Part shown: piece after piece, positions 56,757-64,000 of the stretch
Numbering within the stretch: the stretch's first letter is position 1
How the letters are laid out: each line of letters opens with the position of its first letter
DNA from: Octopus sinensis
Taxonomy: Eukaryota
Assembly (NCBI RefSeq): GCF_006345805.1
Contig: NC_043000.1
Location: 1,302,001 to 1,366,000 of the forward strand
Direction: 5' to 3'
Length of the DNA: 64,000 nt
The notes under the pieces: model-generated
What the model saw: the letters and a program-made list of their open reading frames with translations, nothing else
Told to the model about the DNA's origin: nothing
Databases searched by the model: none
Translations under genes and position numbers: made by a program

Positions 56757-57823
56757 ACCTCGTGACCTATGCCAGGGGTGCAACCAGCCCACTTCTGCAT
56801 ACCTTTCCTTCTTTAGACACTAAACTGCTTGCGAAGACCTATTGAGGCAAGTGAAATCGAAATCAAATTCGATGACTGGCATCTGTGCTAGTGGGGTGCT
56901 AAGAGCACCATCTGAGCGTGATCGTTGACAGAGCAGCTAACTAGCTTCCATGCCAGTGGCACGTAAAAGGCACCATTCGAGTGTGATCGTTACAAGTGTC
57001 GCCTTACTGGCACTTGTGCCCCATGCTAGTGGGGCACTAAGAGCACCATGTGAGCATGATCGTTGCCAGAGTGGCTAATGGGCTTCCGTGCTGGTGGTGC
57101 GTAAAAGGCATCATTTGAGCGTGATCATTACCAGTGTCACCTTATTGGCACTTGTGCTGGTGGCACGTGAAAAAACATTTGAGCGAGGTCATTGCCAGTA
57201 CCACCTAACTGGCCCCCATGCCAGTGGCACGTAAAAGCACCCACTACACTCTCGGAATGGTTGGCGTTGGGAAGGGCATCCAGGTGTAGAAACTCTGCCA
57301 GATCAAGATTGGAGCCTGGTGCAGCCATCTGGTTTGCCAGCCCACAGTCAAATCGTCCAACCCATGCTAGCATGGAAAGCGGACGTTAAACGATGATGAT
57401 GATGATGAAAATGATACATGTATAGTCAACAGGTGTAATGTCAGTGTGGATACTTGACAATGTAAGTACCTTGAGAGAAAAGTTGGATCTAAGAAGCATC
57501 AGATGTGGTGTGCAAGAGAGATGACTGCGCTAGTATGGTTATGTGGCGAGAATGGATGAGGATAGCTGTGTGAAAAAGTGCAACACCCTAAAGGTTGAGG
57601 GAACCTGTGGAAGAGATAGACCCAGGAAGACCTGGGATGAAGTGGTGAAGCACGACCTTCGAACTTTAGGCCTCACCAAGGAAATGACTAGTGACCGGGA
57701 CCTTTGGAAACATGCCGTGCTTGAGAAGACTCAGCAAGCCACATGAGACCATAACCTCGTGGCCTATGCCATGGGCGTAACCAGCCCACTTATGCGTACC
57801 TATTCTTTATTTGGACACTAAAC
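56757..57823 (+). mobile_element. RTE LINE fragments (3'UTR with (GAT)n tail, then ORF2 end)
   Basis: MDEDSCVKKC...EGTCGRDRPRKTWDEVVKHDL is an RTE C-terminus. The repetitive 3'UTR ends gatgatgat. Confidence 0.8.
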
Positions 57824-58047
57824 TCAAATGATTCAAACTTAGACTCTGATGTTTTTACGAGGGAGCAATTTCATGAAGTAAAGAGTGGATTATAAGAGGA
57901 ATCAAGGTGAGCAGATATGGAAGCAATTATGGAGATAAACAGATTAAATATAACTGCTTGGGTTTGATGTACAAAATATGTGTGTGTGTGTGTGTGTACA
58001 TGCAAACAGAAAGAAAGCAAAGACTAAAGACAGTCAGATGATGAATA

Positions 58048-58440
58048 TCTATATATATAAAAGAGAGGTTGTGTGCTGTCTGTCTCCTACGATTTAGATT
58101 CCTAACTACTCCCACATTTTGCGGTGCAGTTTAACCAAAACCGGGTATCTTATAGTCGGGATTCATATCGAGCCCTTCTGGGTATTAGCATGAGTCTACG
58201 ATTTTAAAAATAATTTACCATCAATCTTTCCCATTTTTAATGCATTTTTGGCATATATAAGGGAAGTAACTCTCTAAAAATTTATTATTGAATCTCAGAA
58301 CGTAAAAAGCTACAGTAACACCCACCCACCCCTTTGTGGTTAACCATATTGAGATGGCTATTATACTTTACATCTCTAAAAAATGCTTAAAAATGCTTAT
58401 TTCCCTTACAAACCCGAGCAACGCCAGGCGAGACTGCTAG
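58048..58440 (+). mobile_element. non-autonomous Helitron
   Basis: Inserted between A and T. Starts TCTATATATATAAAA, ends CTAG, with a GC-rich subterminal stretch cccgagcaacgccaggc. Confidence 0.75.
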
Positions 58441-58664
58441 TTCAAGTATAAATACAGAGATATTTATATTAATAGATTCAATTGACACAGACTACAAACA
58501 ACAGAGAAAATTAAAGGAGAAGAGATAAGGTGTAATAAGTCCAACAGCTGTTGCTGGTGGTACTCAGAAATACATCATAATGGTAGATGTAGTTTACGAT
58601 AATGTGCAGTAGGTAATGGAAGCAAATAAGCATGGAATAAATGAAGCCTCCATCATCAGGGTAG

Positions 58665-58711
<47 letters not shown>

Positions 58712-58828
58712 CACTGTAACGTCCACTATACTATGCTTGCCTGGATAAAAATACAATTCATTGAGGCAGATTTTCCATGGTTGAATGTATTTCTTGTTGA
58801 CAACCCTCACTCTTGTGTATATATATAT

Positions 58829-59008
58829 GTGGCACGTAAAAAGCACCCACTACACTCACGGAGTGGTTGGCGTTAGGAAGGGCATCCAGCCGTAGAAACA
58901 CTGCCAGATCTGACTGGACCTGATGAAGCCTTCCGGCTTCATAGACCCCAGTTGAACCATCCAACCCATGCTAGCATGGAAAACAGATGCTAAATGATGA
59001 TGATGATG

Positions 59009-59055
<47 letters not shown>

Positions 59056-59325
59056 CTCTGGCACTTGTGCCGGTGTGCAGGTGACATGTAAAAAAAAAAA
59101 AGACCCGATATTCCGTGACCGTTGCCAGTACCTCTTGACTGGCATGTAAAAGCACCCACTACACCCTTGGAGTGGTTGGTGTTAGGAATGGCATCCAACT
59201 GTAGAAACTCTGCCAAAATCAAGATTGGAGTCTGGTGCAGCCATCTGGTTCGCCCGACCTCAGTCAAATCGTCTACCCATGCTAGCATGGAAAGCGGACA
59301 TTAAACGACGATGATGATGATGATA
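58829..59325 (+). mobile_element. two truncated RTE 3'UTR copies with (GAT)n tails
   Basis: ggcacgtaaaaagcacccactacac...acccatgctagcatggaaa...gatgatgat occurs twice. Confidence 0.75.
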
Positions 59326-59333
59326 TTTATATA

Positions 59334-59372
<39 letters not shown>

Positions 59373-59479
59373 ATATATAACATACACACACATACATATT
59401 TATATGTGAACATATATACACACACAAACACATTTTATATATATAGTGTGTGAATTGAAAATGTGCAGAGAACAACTAA

Positions 59480-60587
59480 CACCATATTCTGGGGAAAAAA
59501 ACTAGAAGTAGTTGATAGCTTCCGTTACCTAGGTGACCAAGTCAGTAGTGGGGGAGGATGCACTGAGAGTGTATCTGCTAGAATAAGAATAGCCTGGGCA
59601 AAGTTTAGAGAGCTCTTACTTCTGCTGGTGACAAAAGGCCTCTCGCTCAGAGTAAAAGGTAGACTGTACAATGCATGTGTATGAACAGCCATGCTACATG
59701 GCAATGAAACATGGCTGTGACTGCTGAGGACATGTGTAAGCTCGCAAGGAATGAAGCCAGTATGCTCCAATGGATGTGTAATGTCAGTGTGGATACTTGA
59801 CAGTGTAAGCACCTTGAGAGAAAAGTTGGATCTAAGAAGCATCAGATGTGGTGTGCAAGAGAGATGACTGCGCTAGTATGGTTATGTGGCGAGAATGGAT
59901 GAGGATAGCTGTGTGATAAAGTGCAACACCCTAAAGGTTGAGGGAACCTGTGGAAGAGATAGACCCAGGAAGACCTGGGATGAAGTGGTGAAGCACGACC
60001 TTCGAACTTTAGGCCTCAGCAAGGAAATGACTAGTGACCGGGACCTTTGGAAACATGCCGTGCTTGAGAAGACTCAGCAAGCCACATGAGACCATAACCT
60101 CGTGGCCTATGCCATGGGCGTAACCAGCCCACTTATGTGTACCTTTTCCTTCTTTGGTTACTAAACTCTGCTTGCGAAGACCTGTTGAGGCAAGTGAAAT
60201 CGAAATCAAATTTGATGACTGGCATCCATGCTAGTGGGGTGCTAAGAGTACCATCCGAGCGTGATCGTTGCCAGAGCTGCTAACTGGCTTCCATGCCAGT
60301 GGCACATAAAAGGCACCATTCGAGCATGATCATTACCAGCATCGCCTTACTGGCACCTGTGCCGGTGACATGTGTAAAAAGACTGGCCCCCATACTAGTG
60401 GCACATAAAAAGCACCCACTACACTCTCAGAGTTGTTGGCGTTAGGAAGGGCATCCAGCTGTAGAAACTCTGCCAGATCAAGATTGGAGCCTGGTGCAGC
60501 CATCTGGTTCGCCAGTCCTCAGTCAAAATCGTCCACCCCATGCTAGCATGGAAAGCGGATGTTAAACGATGATGATGATGATGATGA
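59480..60587 (+). mobile_element. 5'-truncated RTE-clade LINE (RT C-terminus, 3'UTR, (GAT)n tail)
   Basis: KLEVVDSFRYLGDQVSSGGGC...ARIRIAWAKFREL...SLRVKGRLYNACV, then stops and frameshifts. Confidence 0.88.
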
Positions 60588-60588
60588 T

Positions 60589-60622
<34 letters not shown>

Positions 60623-61363
60623 TTATATAGATAGTGGGGTGACCTTACTGTCACCAGCCCTCACCTCCTGTTACCTTTCTTTGAAACAGTTAAGCATGGA
60701 AAAGTGAACGTTATTATGATTATATATATATATATAAAGTGTATGGTTAAATTATAGAATGAAATTCTACAAATCCAATCATATTTGTCAAAAATGGAGG
60801 AGATAAGGAGTTAAAAGGTGGTAAGAAGTTTAGGAAACCACTCCAATTAAAGGACGAATCTACATTCAACCCTTTACACACATACGCACACACACACACA
60901 CACACATATATAACCCACGTCCACCAGGGTTTGTAAGTCCTGCACAGTGACCACAATAGCAAAAGTGGTGTACAGAAAGCACCCCGTGTATGCTTTAAAG
61001 TGTTTGGCTATAGGAAAGGCATCCAGCTGGAGAAACCATGCCAAAGCAGACATTCAACCATGATGTAATCCTGTCAAACCAACCCATGGCACCATGGAAC
61101 ATAGATGTTAAATGATGATGATGATGATAGTGATGATATATATATCTGTGCATGTGTGTGTGTATCCAAGATGGAGACAAGCACCAATATCTCATGTGGC
61201 AGGCTGATAATTGCTAGGGTTTCTCTCAGCATGAAACCAATGGTAGTCTTGTTAACCCACTAAAGAATATTTATCCACCAATGCAGTGTTGTGCACTCAT
61301 TCTCACTTATCAATATTATTATATTAGCATGTATATGTATGTATCTATCTATTTATCTATCCC

Positions 61364-61424
<61 letters not shown>

Positions 61425-61702
61425 TGACAGACAGACAGACAGACACAGATAGATATACTTAATGTATATCATGGCTGAGAGAAAAATATTTCAAAGGAAC
61501 ATTTTTTTAACGTTTAGTACAAATACAGTTGTATCTCATATGTGCAATTCAGTGAATTCAAAAATAACTTTCATGAAATGATATTACCAAAACAATTTGT
61601 AATCAAAAATCTGTCTTGGAATGTTTAAGATTTAAAAACAACAAGCAAGGGAGATAACAATATAGACAAAGCATTCAGATAACTCTGTCAAATGTAATAC
61701 TC

Positions 61703-62080
61703 TTTACTCTTTCTCTTTTACTCTTTTACTTGTTTCAGTCATTTGACTGCGGCCATGCTGGAGCACCACCTTTAGTCGAGCAAATCGACCCCGGGACTTA
61801 TTCTTTGTAAGCCCAGTACTTATTCTATCGGTCTCTTTAGCCGAACCGTCAAGCAATGCTAGGGGGACAAACACAGACACACAAACACGCACACATATAT
61901 ATATATATACATATATACGACAGGCTTCTTTCAGTTTCCGTCTACCAAATCCACTCACAAGGCTTTGGTCGGCCTGAGGCTATAGTAGAAGACACTTGCC
62001 CAAGGTGCCACGCAGTGGGACTGAACCCGGAACCATGTGGTCGGTAAGCAAGCTACTTACCACACAACCACTCCTGCGCC
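61703..62080 (-). mobile_element. SINE family A copy with internal deletion
   Basis: Reverse complement of the family A head and tail. Confidence 0.85.
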
Positions 62081-62441
62081 TATTTATTCATGCTTATTTA
62101 TTCATCGTGGTTCTTGTAGCTTTGAGATTTCAAAGACTTGATTTTTTTTGTTTTTTGAATGACATTGTAAGGTTGGTGTGAGAGACTGGATCAGGCCAGT
62201 TTGCACATAAAACAGAACTTTAGAGCCAGATATGGCTGGTATAAATACTATCAGGTTAAAGCAAACTGGTGGAAAGTAGACATGTTTTGACCTCCTCATG
62301 CAAAACATTCTATCCATAACAAAAAAAAAAAAAAAGAAAAGACAAGGGAGATAAATCCAATGTGATTTGGTCTTTAAAAGACACTGGTGAAAGCAAAGGA
62401 CACACTTCTGCATTATGAGACTTTCTCAACAAAGCATTTTC

Positions 62442-63216
62442 AGATCTTTTCACTTTGACCGGCAGATTTTTAAAATGATTTCTATGTAACTAAGAAATTT
62501 TAAACTTCATATACTGGTAGAATGTGTTTATAAAACATCTCTTTCTCTTGGCTTACTTAAGAAAATTCTGTAGTTTATAACATACTTGTTGCTTAATTTC
62601 TTGCATTTCGGCAATTTCAACCAATCAATGACGTCTATTGAGGTGAAAACGATTTCTGCCGTAACATTTTCTGGAGGCGTTATATGAAAATGTCCCTGTT
62701 TTTTATGAGAACAAAAGATACCCTGTGGCCACAAACTGAGGGGTCACTCGTAAACAGAGCTGGATAACAAAACCGTTCCCTTTTTAGTGTCCACCCATAA
62801 TTATGACCCTAGTATCGATCTATTGCATTTCAATCTGTTTTAGGGTTAGGGTTAGGGGTAGGGGTAGGGTTAAGGTTAGGGGTGGGGGGAAGGGCATCTT
62901 TTTTCTTCAGAAATGTAAATAAACCCAATCTGTTTCTTAAACAAATATATAATATGTAACAGGGACATTTTCATATAACGCCGCCAGAAAATATTACGAC
63001 AGAAATCGTTTTCACCTCAATAGACGTCATTGATTGGTTGAAATTGCCAAAATGCAAGAAATTAAACAACAAATATGTTACAAACTACAGAATTTTCTCA
63101 AGAAAGCCAAGAGAAAAAGATGTTTTATAAACACATTCTACCAGTATACGAAGTTTAAAATTTTTTAGTTACGTAGAAATTATTTTTAAAATCTGCCAGT
63201 CAAAGTGAAAAGATCC
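62442..63216. mobile_element. foldback DNA transposon with 259-bp TIRs, 8-bp TSD and TTAGGG-like core (Merlin- or Mutator-like)
   Basis: GCATTTTC is duplicated at 62434-41 and 63217-24. Arms are 62442-62700 and 62958-63216. ttagggttagggttaggggtaggggtagggttaaggttagggg lies at about 62840-62888. Confidence 0.85.
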
Positions 63217-63732
63217 GCATTTTCTGTGAATCCAGCTCTCTTTTCTAGTTTTATCTCTCTGAAAAATAAACTAAAAAAACGTATGAGTCCAAAAGCATGA
63301 CAGATGGCCTGTCACAAGTAAAAATTCATTAGTAAAGCTCACTAAATCAAACAAGATCTTGTTATGAAATATGAGCAATTTAATGTTTCAAATGGCTTTG
63401 CTCATGACACAGTAATTAATTTATTTTTGCCAATTTTGTGGGAAAAAGAAACAGGCCTCGCTATCTACTTTATGGTTGAGTGCTTAGTATTAGGAAGGAC
63501 ATCATTCAGCTGTAAAACCAAATGATGTTATGAATAAAATCTCATCTCGTCCTGGCAGTTATGGGAAAATGGATGGGAAAAGACATTTTCTGCTACTCTT
63601 ATATTCTGTAGACTAAGTTATAATTATTAATACCTGTTTTCTCTGCTGTACACCTACACAAAGAGGCAGCTATTAACAGTTGCAGATTTCTCAAGAATTT
63701 CTATCAACTCTGTTATATGTTTACAGCGTTGA

Positions 63733-64000
63733 AGGCGCAATGGCCCAGTGGTTAGGGCAGCAGACTCGCGGTCATAGGATCGCGGTTTCGATTCCCAGAC
63801 CGACCGGGCGTTGTGAGTGTTTATTGAGCGAAAACACCTAAAATAAAGCTCCACGAGGCTCTGGCAGAGGGTCATGGTGATCCCTGCTGTACTCTTTCAC
63901 CACAACTTTCTCTCACTCTTACTTCCTGTTTCTGTTGTACCTGTATTTCAAAGGGCCAGCCTTGTCACTCTCTGTGTCACGCTGAATATCCCCGAGAACT
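63733..64000 (+). mobile_element. tRNA-derived SINE related to family B (runs off the window)
   Basis: tRNA-like head. Body tgtatttcaaagggccagccttgtcactctctgtgtcacgctga matches 1209-1252. Confidence 0.8.

Overview
Eukaryotic, AT-rich, microsatellite- and SINE-dense genomic DNA. The tRNA-derived SINE families and RTE LINEs look like those of octopus/coleoid cephalopods (inference). The window holds one protein-coding gene on the + strand: a bHLH-Orange transcriptional repressor matching clockwork orange (cwo). I reconstruct six exons with GT-AG boundaries and matching phases: 15700-15782, 42197-42272, 43573-43674, 50391-50475, 50994-51161 and 51992-54143. Intron 1 is 26.4 kb. As assembled, the last exon has a one-base (-1) frame break between 52308 and 52415 that separates the bHLH-Orange part from CWO-like C-terminal motifs. 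The distal frame also carries an unusual 81-aa (D/E)KH histidine-rich repeat. Intron 1 contains at least ten CACGTG E-boxes, paired E-box islands, a D-box cluster inside a palindromic element, a candidate in-frame 45-nt cassette exon, and decayed minimal hammerhead ribozyme motifs. The rest is repeats: a SINE-derived 177-bp satellite, (ACC)n tracts, three tRNA-SINE families, mariner/pogo/piggyBac-type MITEs, a foldback element with telomere-like core, a Helitron and RTE fragments. A 100-N gap (14507-14606) lies just upstream of exon 1, so adjacency of positions 1-14506 to the gene is not guaranteed. Nearly all other listed ORFs are microsatellite or repeat artefacts.
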